64,000 nucleotides of DNA from Cenococcum geophilum (Eukaryota), in the NCBI GenBank assembly GCA_050273025.1, contig CP158636.1:1674001-1738000 (forward strand), in the 5' to 3' direction. Below, piece by piece: positions 1-12,674 of the stretch (the first letter of the stretch is position 1; every line of letters starts with the position of its first letter). Under the pieces are notes generated by a model. It saw only the letters and a list, made by a program, of their open reading frames with translations, did not search any database and was not told the DNA's origin. The translations under genes were made by a program, and so were the position numbers.

Positions 1-1515
1 AATAATGCTACGTAGCTTAGTACCGAAGTAGCTCGCCTAGCCATCTATGCCACTATTATTAGGCATATAGTAATTATTAAACGTATTCGAATCTCTCTGC
101 CCGGTATGCTTTATTCTTTAAGCGGCTAAATACAGCTTATCTTTACCAGAAATTAATTAGTAAGTAGCCTAAAGATGGAAGGAACAACTATATATATACT
201 AATCTAGTATAAGCCCTCCGCCCTAAAGTCGTAAATTATAGGCGGCTAAGGGTATCCTATACGGATGCCTAGCGCTCTAAGGCGGAAGCTAAATGCGTTT
301 ACCTTCTCGATTTTCTGTCTTACGGACATGCTTTTAAAAAAAGGTATATTAAGCACACTTTCTTTCCATTATAAATAAAGTATCTCCCCCTCCGGTGGTA
401 CTATATTAAGGAGCTCTTTAATAGTATTATAGTCCCTAAACGCCTTTACTGCGATAAGTATGGCCAGTATTAGGAGCATAAGGCTGTAAATAAGAGGCAT
501 TGCTACCATGCCCTCGTATAGAGAGTATTCTGGCCTGCCAATATAAGAATTAGAACTGCTACTTAACTTAATAGGCTAAGCAACCTAGCGCTTACCTCTT
601 ATCTAGTATTGTGGTTATATTCTTAGCATCTTAAACAATTTAAACAGCAAACTCTATATTTCCGTACTTATTGCGAAATACTGCGAAAGTTACATCCTAT
701 ATTATAACTAAGTTAATTTATTTGCCTACTACACTATATATATATACGTATTAGGGAGGAAGGGGGGGGGTTTCCTTACCTTATAGTGCAAACCCCGGCC
801 AGAACCCGCTTAATAGCTAGACTTAATATACTCGCCAACTTGCGTAGAAGAATAAACAATGGCTATAAGGTCCGCCTAATCGTTTACTCTTATTACCGGT
901 CGTTTATACGCAACCCAATCTGCCGTCTATAGCTGCCTTCCTAAATAAATAAAGTGGTTCTTAGTTGTAAACCTTCTCAGCCTTTTTTTCCTAGGCATTT
1001 TTAGATTATCGGCTAGTAGGCCTTTAATAAACTAAATAAGATTAGAACTCTAATAAGGAGAAAATAGGGAAATATAGATGGAATATATATTTATAACAGA
1101 GAGGGTTATATTCGTGGGTATTGCGGTATTAATACAACGCCAACTAGCTATAAATTCTTTCTAGTACTAGCCAACGGTATCTAAGGCTGCCGTTAGATTA
1201 TCCTTAACGCCATTAATACTATATGCCATATTCTTAACGAAATCTTTTAAGGATGCTAGGTTATATAGAGAAGAACTAGGATTTTCTTTAGCGAATCTAT
1301 TTAGTAAAGGGTTAGAGCGGAATAGAATCTAACCGCCATAGTACGCTAATTATAACTTACTAGTACCATAGCTCTACCTTTCTAAGATAAGCTTTCTCTG
1401 TCTTTAGCTTAAGACGCTTTTAAACTTCAGTGCCGTCTATACCCTCCCTGCTTTGGTTAGAGCCCTTTACCCTTACTACGGCGAGGAACTCGCGAGGGTC
1501 CTTCTTTCTTAGCAT
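1..1515 (-). pseudogene. RIP-inactivated DUF3435-type tyrosine recombinase (Starship 'captain'-like), multi-exon, runs off the left edge
   Basis: Manual minus-strand translation from the ATG at 1515 gives M(L/P)RKKDPREFLAV..., MPRKKRLRRFTT.NHFIYLGRQL*TADWVAY..., VGEYI(K/E)SS..AGSGRGLHYK, DVTFAVFRN.YGN.EFAV, AFRDYNTIKELL, RLRALGIRIGYP*PPII(Y/H)DFRAEGL (HxxR motif) and KHTGQRDSNTFNNYYMPNNSG.DG*ASYFG (His and catalytic Tyr region). Introns are present, e.g. donor GTAAGC at ~595 and acceptor CAG at ~535. Stops are RIP-type. Family assigned from motif recall, not from a database search. Confidence 0.75.
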
Positions 1516-1632
1516 TTTATAGAGAAACGGATAAAGTAAGCAGAAGCTAATATAAAGAAGGGAGGAAAGAGGAATATAAAGATAAGCTTATAGGAACAGA
1601 CGGGCGAGCTACAGAGTAGCAGGTAAAAAAAA

Positions 1633-1652
1633 AGAGAGAGAGAGAGAGAGAG
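1633..1652. repeat. (GA)n microsatellite upstream of the recombinase
   Basis: Run agagagagagagagagagag. Confidence 0.85.
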
Positions 1653-2300
1653 AAGATAGGATAAAAATTAAGCGGTAGGTAGGTAGAACGGAGTAAACGG
1701 ACGCGACTAGAGGAGATCTTATAGCAAGAGATAAGGCACCTCCTCTTTAACTAACACCTTTAGGGACGCTATGTTATATACGGGCGCAGCTTAGGACGGG
1801 CGAATGCTCTATTTTAAGGGGGGCCTAGTTTTAAGAACCCTATAGGCCCAAAACGCGGCCCTTAAGATTGTTATATAGAGTTAACAATTTGCATCAGTAA
1901 GGACGTAGCACTTTTAAGGCATAATTGGTTAATAGGATGGAAAAGCAGCAACGTAACTAAGCAGCCTAAGCATGACCTAAGCGGGAGGGTAAGCAGCCTA
2001 AGCAGCGGGTAAGTCGAGGGTGCTTGGCGCCTAAATAGAGCGGCGATGCTAACTAACCGAGTCGGATTCCGCCAAGGGGAGTTTTGGTCTATAACTACCT
2101 AAGAAATATTTCAGGGTAATCGGATGCTAAAGCTAGCAAAGGGTGAGATCAAGTTGAGCAACGCCTTTCTGTCAATTATAGGGGTAAATTGTGTTATAGC
2201 CTTGACTGTATATTCAGCAACTTGATCTTTACCTTGCCCTTAATTACCTTTACAGCCGACCATTGCCTTATTTTTAGCCACGGCTAGTTCTTACCATTAT

Positions 2301-2460
2301 TAGGGTTGCAAATCAATCAACAAGACTTTAATATTAAGTTGAGTTGGGTGCCAAGACTCAATCAATTCAACTAACTGAGAGTTCGCCGGCTTGGCAATTC
2401 AATTAATTTAGAGGCTCCGATTAAGTTAAGTTAGTTAAAGAATATTAAAGCTTTAATATT
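2301..2460. mobile_element. Possible DNA-transposon (hAT-like) terminus with subterminal repeats
   Basis: Starts TAGGGTTGCA, followed by clustered TCAATCAA/TTGAGTTG-type short direct and inverted repeats. No matching second end or transposase was recognised. Confidence 0.3.
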
Positions 2461-5400
2461 ATATAGAAAATATTACTGGAGTTTATATAGATTAATACTC
2501 TAAACCTTGTTCTTCTTAGTCTCGTTTACTAAAAAATAGTTTACCCAAGAGGGTAAGTTAATACTATGATAAGGCTCGTAACAAACCTATATTAAGGGCC
2601 GGGCGAGGAAATATATAAGGGTTCGTAACGTCTATATTATAACTTAGATATAGTAATATAATATAATAAATATAATATACCTTTTCTTGCAATTTATATA
2701 TTCTTTCTACTATATTAAGATTTATAAAGAAAGCTATTCCTTTTCTCTTAAAGCCCCTAAGGATAGATATTCTAAAAAGCTATAATTAGCTTTCTTCTAG
2801 TTAAAGCTAGAATAAGGCTACTTTAAATCCTTCTCTAAAACAATAGGAAAGGACAAAAAAGGTAGATATTTTAAGGAATATAACACTATATAAACCCCTA
2901 AGTACCTACTACTAAACTATAGCTTATATAGGGAAGAGAGGGGGGGAATGCAAAGGTAGCTAGACTTTTCTCTTACTTCAAAAAGTTATTTTATATAAGG
3001 AAAGGAAGAGAAGCGCTTTTTCTATTCCTAGATTGAATAGAAATAGCTATTAAAAAGTGGCTAGTAGTAGTAGGATCTTTAGGAGACCCCTATTAAGTTT
3101 CTAGTAAATAGATAATAGAAAGTAAAAGAATAGAAATAAATTATAAAAGGATAGGGATAGGCGTTAGAATTACTTATTTCTTATAGTCTTTTCTATTATT
3201 TTCTTAATATTTAATAGTTATTAGTAACTTAATGTTTTATTAAGAAGCTATAAACCCCTAGTTTAGGGGTTTATAAACTACTAAGCTATAGTTACTAGTA
3301 TATATTAAGCTACTTAGGAGAGATTTATATATTTAAAGCTATAGCGTTATCGTCTAAAGACTATATACGTAGTATAATATAATGGATGTGAAATAAAATA
3401 AAGATTCTTTCCTAGTCTTCCTCTGTAATTTACTTCTAGTAAAAGTTTTATAGCTAAAGGTGTAAATATTCGTTAGAAAAAACACGCCTATATAGGTATT
3501 AGGTAACAGGCCCGTGCGTTAGGGCCTCAACCGTCCTTATATATAAGGGATATTATTACAAACACCTTGGGTTACCCTTAGGACAACCCCTAGACGCCCC
3601 TCAAATAGTTACCAGTTATATATTAATGGCATATGCCCGTAATATATAGTCTATACAATCCCTAAGGCCTTACCTCCTTAAGGATTTGTCTCTCTTACTA
3701 ATCTATTTTATTCTATAATTGTGTCCTTATAGCCCCCTGTCTATAAAGTCCCCTTACATTTAAATCCTTCCTACTTTTTCTTAGAAAGGTAGTTAGCTTT
3801 AAGGACTAAATTATCAATTTATATCTTTTATTTATAACTACTATCCTCCCTTAAAATCTCGTAATAATCTAAACGGAAACTCTATAGGCACCTTATAGAA
3901 AGCCATTACGCTAAGGTAAAAAGGTCCCTTTAATATCGAGAGATTGCGATAATATAACCCTTTAGGTAAGATAGCTAAATAAGCCCTAATACCTAGATGC
4001 GCCAGGAGCTTAAAGACTCTTATATACCTATAGTTACTATAGAGGAAAATATAAATACCCTCTATAATGGTTATAATACTACTAGAAAGTAACTAGAACC
4101 CCTTTAGCCTTACTTAGGCCAATTAGAAGATTAAGCGCTAGAGGCAACTTTAAAATCTTCCCTTAAGCTAGAAATACTAGAGGAATACACTAACGCGTCT
4201 AACTAGGGACCTAACTAGAACCCTCCCGGAAGACTACCGGCCTATAATTAGTATAGTAGCGGTATATAGACTGCTTATAAGCTAAGCAGGCCTACCCCTT
4301 TAGGAAACTAAACCTAAGCACTAACTTAAGACCCAAAACTTATTAGGAAACCCGCACTAGCTACTAGTACTAATACTACCTCTATAGTAAAAGCTTCCTT
4401 AGGCCTAAGTTTAGAAGGCTAAAAGCCCTATACTAATCTCCTTTAAAACGGATATTGGAAGCTATTATAAGGCCTTTATAAGCTATATAGGAGGAAGCTA
4501 TTAATAAATATATTAGAACCCTTTAAGGGTAAATTTATATCTAGTAGGGTTTAATATAAGCTAAGTAAATTCTTTTATAACCTAGTTAAGGCTAAGGGCT
4601 TTTTAAAGGTTATTTAGTATTTACCTAAGGAGGTATAGAAGACTTAGAGAGGCACCTACGCAATAAATAAAAAAGGGTATAGACTAACTGGCTAATGCCT
4701 TTAGTAGTTTAGAACTTCGTTATAAGCCTAATACCTAGTATTTAGATAATTAGGTTCGTAAGGTAGATAAACTCTTTAAGATACTAATAATATAAGATAA
4801 TACCAGAGAGTGTATACGCTAAATTATTAGCAAGATTAAAGACTAATTACTAAACTAGATTGCGCTTAGTTAACTTAATAAAGAGCAAATTATAATATAG
4901 CTATAGCTATAGACCTTCCTAAAGGGTTGGACCTAAGATCTGTATATTATATAATATAATAATATAAAACAATTCTAGAATGATATATAGCTGGACTATT
5001 AAGACTTCCACCAGTTTATAAACTTTACAGAAACTTATACTTAATAGATAGATTTAGAGCCTTTTAAAAATAAGGATAGCAGCGTCTATAAAAAGAAGAA
5101 TATTAGATTTATCTAAACTAGAATTAAGCTAGTAATAAAATAATAAAATAAAGCGCGTAGGAGCTTTATTGCGGATTACTATATATACTAATTTTAAACG
5201 AGCAGTTTTAAACGCTAAAGATATAGTAAGGAACCAGATAGTTAATATTTACTATATTAGTGCCATAGGATTCTACTAGAACTTAGTTTAGCCTAATACC
5301 ATTACCTTTATAACTAGCTTATATAAAATTAATTAAATAATTAAGGAAAAAAAAGTAAGCTTAGTGGGCAGGAAAGTAAGCTTATAGATAAGGAACTAGT

Positions 5401-6396
5401 AGAATAAAACCTACCTTATTAATACTAGAAATTTAAGAACATATTCTTTAAAGCAGTGTCTAATATACTTCCGCCTTATTAACTATATAACTATAAGATT
5501 AAGATTAAGCAGGGTAAGAAAGATACCTTTAGCTTTAGCCCCCTTTACTAGTAGTCTATTACCAAATTATAGGCTATAAAGTAGTACCTTATTAATAACC
5601 TAAATAGGGGCTTTTTTAAGCCTAACTAAGCCCCTTTTACCTTACCTATTTTCTTTATTAAAAAGCTAAATAGAGGACTCCGCTTTTATATTAACTACTA
5701 TAAGCTAAATAATATAACTTATAAGGACCGCTATCCGCTACCCCTACTTAATAAAACTTTAGCCTAAATAAGTAGAGCTAAGATCTTTACTAAGCTTAAT
5801 ATCCGTTAGGCCTTCTACTAAATTAGAATAAACCCTAGGTCTAAGAATCTTATTATATTTTAGACCTATTATAGTATTATAGACGCTTTAAGTACGATAT
5901 TATAACTACTTAGAGAGGAGTTAGAAGAAGCTAGTTAGTTAATATAAGCACGGTCCAAAATAGAGCCAATAGAGCTATATAACGAGGAATGGTAACTAAG
6001 GTCGTATAACGTAATCTATATAATCTATATAATCTATATAATCCGTAATAGAGTAGATAGAGTATACATACCTTACGTACAAAGGGGATTTCTTAGGAGT
6101 ATGGTTGTGTATTTAAAGGACCACAATCCCTACCTAAATAGTTCTCTCCTTTGTAGTAAATCTTAGAATATAATTAGAGTTAATCTATTAGGCAACCACT
6201 CCACTAGTTATTATTACGTTGTTAATTTCTTGTTTACCTATATACCTAGCCTATTAATAAGCCTACCGTAGTTCCTGCTGTAAGGCTTTGTTATATATTT
6301 ACTACTAAGGTTATAGTAGAAGAAATTAAATAATATGCCACTAAAAGCACTAGCCACGACGCCGTTAACGGCAGCAACTACATTGAGATTAGGTAA

Positions 6397-9300
6397 TGTT
6401 CGTACCAATTTAATGGCACGAGTGAGTTAGATCCAGGGGCACGAAATACATATAGTATCGTATACTCTTTTAGATAATGGTGACTGTCAATTATATAAAG
6501 CAGACTACGTGGTCTATATACTGATACACCTCCCCCCTAATTAGTTAGTGCTTTATAAGTGCACCAGACGCATAAGCGAGTGGTTGGTGCACTAAACGCG
6601 TAAACGCGTACCTGGTGTACCAAACGCGTAAGTACGCAGTTGGTATAACAGGTGCTGTAATTATACACTGGCGGTACTTAAAAAATAGAACTACCTATAT
6701 ACAGCCTCCGTAATTGCTTTAATAAAACTATAAAATATAAAGGAAAATACATAGGAAATCTCCCCTAAGGTGCCGTCTAGGCTACCTTCCAAACGGTGCC
6801 CCAAGCTGGCTGTAAGTCCTGCTTACGGTCCGTAAAATAAACCGTACGGCCTTTTAACGGGCCATAAGTTAGATCTTAAGGGCCGCTAAGGCGCTAGTGC
6901 TAAGCGAGCTAATAGTGATTAGTTAATTTGACGGTAGAATTTGGTAGGTTACGTAAGTCCACCAAGTTCCACCGCAGCTTTTTACTGTTTTCCCCCTGAT
7001 AGCTTACGGTCTATAGAATAGGCCGTATAATAAGCCGTACGGCCTTTTAACGGGTCGTAAACGAACCGTAAGTGCTTCGTTAGTCTTGTTCTACTCATTA
7101 TATAACTTTTAGGTTAAGCTTATTTGTATTAATTAGGGTTTTAAGGGCTTAATACGGCTTTGCCTTAGTCATGGCGTCTACTAGGTTGTTTCCGCCGCTG
7201 ATCTATTTAACCTTCGCAATTTTATGTCGTTCGTAGGCCTGATATAAGCACATTAGGTTAATTATAAGCCTCTTCTTTTATATTGTACCTAGTTTAACTA
7301 GGCAGTTATAGAGGGACTTTAAATTAGTGTATAAAACTAGGGGTAACTGCTCTAGTTATAGAATCTTCTAGACCGTTAATTTAATTGCGGCTGCTATATT
7401 AAAGCCATAAGCTAGTACATATAGTTTAGAGGCTAGTATACTGCGGGTTACTCATTTACACTTAATTAAAGACTAATATAGTATATTTGCGTCCTAATTA
7501 CGGTCCATAAGTACGATTATAAAGCCGATTTGCGATAATAGGTCTCTGTTATTAGTAAAGGAGGCGTCTATAAATGCTAGTAAGCTAAGGGAACTTAAGT
7601 CTAGTGGTATAAAAGTAAGTCCCCTTACTGCATTGTTAATTTGCTACTAAATGCGCTTATTAAGCTGCTTAATATTTTCTTCTTATAGATCTACTGCCTA
7701 GGCCGTAAAGGATAAATCGTAGGCAGATTTGGGTTAACAGACTATGGCAATATAGGCGCCTCTTATACGCTATACAACGTATTAGTCCTTTATATTTACG
7801 GTCTTATAGGTCTCTCTATAGGAGCTAGTAAGGTCCATAGGCTTTACTATAACAGGCTTTAGGTTTTAAGCTTAGCGTTCCTAAATTAGCTTAATTAGGT
7901 TGCCCTTTTATATAATTAGGCCTCTATTAAACTTAATTAGAGTTTACTTAGTTAACTGCTTTTATAGCTTTGCTAAGAACTTTGCCTCTTATAGTTTAGT
8001 TTCTTTAGTATCCGCAAAGGTTTGGTCTGCTAGAAAGAGGGCATTATTGGTTTAGAGTCTAATAATACTAAGGCCGTTTAATGGGGTGTATAAGAGGTAG
8101 GGGTTATAGGTCGACTGTTCCATTTTAAGTTTACTAACATAATACTAGTAGTATATCTTAAATTAATGGTTTTCGGCTTCTGGTACTCCGTAAAGAGGTT
8201 TTATAACCCGTAAAATTGTTTCTAGTTATAGGTTAAGCTCGCGGGGTAGTCGTATAAAGATATCCCTACTTAGGTAGGTGTTAGACTATATATAGGCTTA
8301 TAAGATATCCCGTAAGTAGAGGGCTACGGGTCTGGTTTACTATAGTCCAGGTATAAGTATAAGTATAATCTATTAGCTAACTCATTAAATTGTAGGCGAT
8401 TATATAAGGACTAAGCCCTTTCCTTAGTCGTTATAGGCTTATATAATAAGCCTTAATTTTTTAAAAGCTTTATTAGTACTAGGGTGCTTAATTTTGTTAA
8501 TAAAGCGTGAATTAAATATACGGACGCCTTGCGGAATATCTCTCTCCGTTATAACCGTAAAGATACCCTTTTTAAGTAGTCCGTTAATCTCTTTATATTA
8601 TAAGTCTATAAATGGGGTTTCCTATACTAGAACTAATATATCCGTAGGCGGAGGTTGCCTTACGGATATTTCTGCGGAGGTTAGGTAATTCTCTATTACG
8701 GGGTTTTTAGTTACGGGGTGCTTTTAGGGGCATCCTTAACCACGCTTTATAGTAGGTTTAGTAGGTTTAGTAGGTTTCTAAGGGACTTCTAGGGTAGGTA
8801 AGGGTGCTTCTAGTTTATCTAATTCGGTAGTCGCTTCTAGTTTATCTAGTTTGGCGGTTGCTTCTAGTTCATCTAGCTTAACGTCATAGGTAGTTTCGGG
8901 CTAAAAGTAGGGTTTTACGGACGTGCTTTTAAAGCTAGTTGGCCTACTAGGAAGCTATATATAGTACGTCTCGTTTTCTACGGCTGCCGCTTTTACGCTA
9001 TATAAGGACTTTAGAGTTAAGCGGGAGGTTATATACTAAGGTTGTATTAGGTCCGTTACGGTAGTGCAGGGCATTATTAACAGTTTGTTTAGCCCGTAGC
9101 TTAACTATCTTGGCCATCGCCTTCCGTATTATAGCTGCTCGTTCCGTAATAGACGGGGTAGGAGGGCCTAGGTTACTTATCTTTAGGTAGGCTCTGTAAT
9201 TTAAGAGGGTAGGTACTAGTCCGTTAGGGCTAGCAATGTTATTAACGGCTTTTACGGCCATCTATAGAGCCAGTTCCTTTTAGATGTCCTTATATTCGTC

Positions 9301-12300
9301 CGTAATAATTTAGTAAGCTCTCTATAAGGCTAAGTAAGCTTATTTAATAAGCCTAATAGACTAATATGCCTTAACTAGGACAGCTTTTGTTAATATAGCT
9401 ATAGCCGTAGCATACTGCTGGAATTCTTTACTAATAAAGTTCTTACCGGCGTTGTGGGTAATATACTTAGGGGGTTTAACGTATGTGTTAATCTAGCAGG
9501 TCCGTAAAATATCCCAAGGATATTTTATGGATATATTTTATAGCTAACGGGCGGCTTAATAGTGGGTTGCCTTGTCAATTATATATAATACTGGGCTACC
9601 GTTAATGTATATAATGTCTACGTACACTAAGTGGTTAAAATTAAGGTCTTTACGAAGAATGAACTTAAATTGGCCTAGGGAACGTCCGTATTTCTAGTAA
9701 AAGGAGCAGTATTTAGTTAGGTAGTTAATTGCCTTCCTATTAACGTCGTTATATCTAGAGCATTTAAGGACTCTATATAGCTTTTCGGCTAATGGATAGC
9801 CGAAACGGCGGTGCAGGCGGTAGATTTCCGTACTAGTAAGGTAGCATAGGTTATAGTCGAAAGATTCCTAAATATAGGTCTGTAAAGTCTCTCCCTATAT
9901 AAGGAACGGGTGTCTAAATCGTTATATAATTAGTAAGGTAATATGCTTACTTCCTAGGGTAGTTACGGGGCCAATTAGGGTGTCCGTGACATTATTGTAG
10001 TATACCTATAACCTATCTATATCTGCAAGACAGAGTAGGAAGGGGGTGTCCGCTTTTACTACGTAGAAGTTAACTAGGCTAATTAGAGTCTTAACTTTAA
10101 CTGATCCAATTAATGCGGTTAAGCCGATGCTAAATTGGACGTTTATGGCCCTAGTTTGCGTAATATTAATGTCCGTATTGTTATTTGTGGTGGTCCTATA
10201 TACAAGGTATTGTCCGTAGCCTATAGTAGACTTTTTAGAGACACCTATGTTAATTATAACACCGTAGAATTCCTTAGGGGTATAGCGCTTTATAGTAATA
10301 TATATAAATGGGTCCTGCTTATAATCTATAACGTCCGTAATAGGGGTGCTTGCGAAATGGTTTTTAGGCGTAACTAAGTGTATAAAGGAACGGTCGGCTA
10401 ATACGGTTGTAATATTAAAGGCTTAGCTGTCCGTAAAAGGTCTAAAAGTAGTTAGAAATATCTCTAAGGTCTCTTATTCCTAAGCGTCTAAGTTAAAGTT
10501 AATTATAAGGGCTTCTATTAACTTATTAGGGGGCTCTTTTACTTCCTCTCCTTTGTATTCCAAAATAAACTAGTTAATACGGCTATTAAGTCTCTTCCTA
10601 GACTTGTTATGTTCTTCCTAGGTATACCTTATAAACTAATATCCTTCCTTACCGTATATAAAGTACTTTTGGCTAGTTTGTCTGTGGGGGTATATTTTCG
10701 TATAGGGGTTGTTATAGGGATTACGGGTAGGACTTGGTCGGTATAGGTACTGCTAGCGGTAGCGGCGGTCTGTAAAGTAGACGTCTAAGTCTATTTGCGG
10801 ATATTAAATATCCGTAATAAAGGCTTAAGTGCTGCCTAGTAGGTTTAAGACTTCGTACGTTATAATAGAGGAGCGTAGATTATTAATAAGGCCGGCTAAG
10901 GTATCTGTAGGCTTATAGTAGGCGTACTTATAGGGCTTTACTTCCTAGTAGGCCGTAATAAGTTTATTGTATAAGAAGTCGTCTATTTAAAGCTTAGTGT
11001 TAAGGCCGTGCTATAGGTGCCGGAGGTCTTTAATAAGAATTTGCAGGCACTCTATAGTCGATTTTTCAGTATTCTTGTTAATTACGGTCCGTAGCTTGGT
11101 CGCATTCTATTAGGTAAGGATATTACGCTTATATTCTAGTCCTTTAAAGTAGTTGCGGGTAGCTTTATATAGCTTATTAAAGGGAATACCAAGGGGGTTG
11201 CTCTTAAGGTTAGTGTAGTAGTAGTTAAGTGCTAGGCCGCGCAGCATGGTAGAGTAGGCTTGGCTAAATTCCTATTTGGGAATATTAGCCTTCTGGCAGA
11301 GGTCCGTAAAGATAGTTAGTTTAAAGTTAAAGTTATCATTTTTACCGCTATACTTAAATTCGTCGGTATAGAGCTTAGCTAGGTTTGCTAGCTCCTTACT
11401 ATAGGTCTTTACTTAGGTAGCTTGCGGATCTATAACTTGCGGATATATAGCTTGCGGATATATAGTTTGTGGATATATAGCTTATAGATCTATGACTTAA
11501 ATAACAGAAGGGGTTTAGTCCGTATTTTGGGTTGCGGGGGTATTGCAGTCCGTAACTTAAGTACTGGGTATACTTTAGCCAGTAAGATTAATTCTAAAAC
11601 TGCTTAGGTTTATAGGACGAATTTAGTTAAGTGGGTTAGGTATAAGGCCGGCAATCCTGTTAAATTTAGAAGAAGTAAAGAGTTCTTTAGTAGTTTTAAC
11701 CTAGTCTAGGATTTCCTCTTTAGTCTATTCTGTTTGGTCTTTCTTATATATTATATTATATAAAGACTATACAACAGTAACTCGTTTATCCCTTTTAACC
11801 TATACACCTTAGTTACGTAAAAGGGTTCGTAGTTTACGGATGGTAACAGGGTTGTAGGCCTTAAAAATAGCTTCCGTAAAGTCCGTAAAGTCTTCCTAGT
11901 ATTACTCCCATAGGTCGTCATTTATAAGCTTAAAGTATTTATATTTAAGGATTTTAAAACTAATATAGTCATTAACGTCGTTTATAGACGTAACGTCGAC
12001 TCCTTATCTCCACTTCTTTTGACCTTCACTGACTTGCTTACTGATATCTGCTATACTATATAGTACGTGGCGGGTGGAAGAGGTCTTATAGTGGTCCGTA
12101 AAGGCGATTAACGGGTCCGTAATGGTTCGTAGAAGGGTAAAGGGTTTCCGTAAGGTCCAAAGAGGTTTAAGGTTTAAGGGGGTTAAAGATAAGGGTTCCG
12201 TAAAGGTCTGTATTTACGTCTATAAACTTCTAGTAAACCATACTAAGACTTAAATAAGTATATAGAGTTGGTGATAAGTCCGTAATCCCCGACTTCCGAC

Positions 12301-12674
12301 CTTTTAGTAGGTCGTACTAGGAGTTTAAACAGGTAGTCGCTGTCGTATATCGCTCGGTGGGAGGTATTAAGTAATTACTAATCTGTGCGCGCTTACTGAT
12401 TAGTGTTTGTACCAATTTAATGGCACAAGTAAGTCAGATCCAGGGGCACGAAATACGTATAGTATCGTATACTCTTTTAGATAATGGTAACTGTTGATTA
12501 TATAAAGCAGACTACGTAGTCTATATACTAATGCACCTCCCCCCTAATTAGTTAGTGCTTTATAAGTGCACTAGACGCGTAAGCGAGTGGTTAGTGCACT
12601 AAACGCGTAAACGCGTACCTGGTGTACCGAACGCGTAAGCACGCGGTTAGTACAACAGGTACTGTAATTATACA
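6397..12674 (-). mobile_element. Ty1/Copia-type LTR retrotransposon (RIP-degraded), inserted in the 5' region of B
   Basis: 271-bp LTRs at 6397-6667 and 12404-12674 (TG...CA); TSD GGTAA at 6392-6396 and 12675-12679. Minus-strand order is gag-PR-INT-RT-RH. ORF 8998-9261 MAVKAVNNIASPNGLVPTLL is the RIP-ed MAVKAVNDTAGPDGLVPTLL integrase motif. Confidence 0.9.

Noticed and set aside
2291..2302. TTAC-N7-A, a known Starship target motif, upstream of the captain
   Set aside because: Expected by chance about once per kb, apparently in the wrong orientation relative to the captain, and the other boundary is not in the window.
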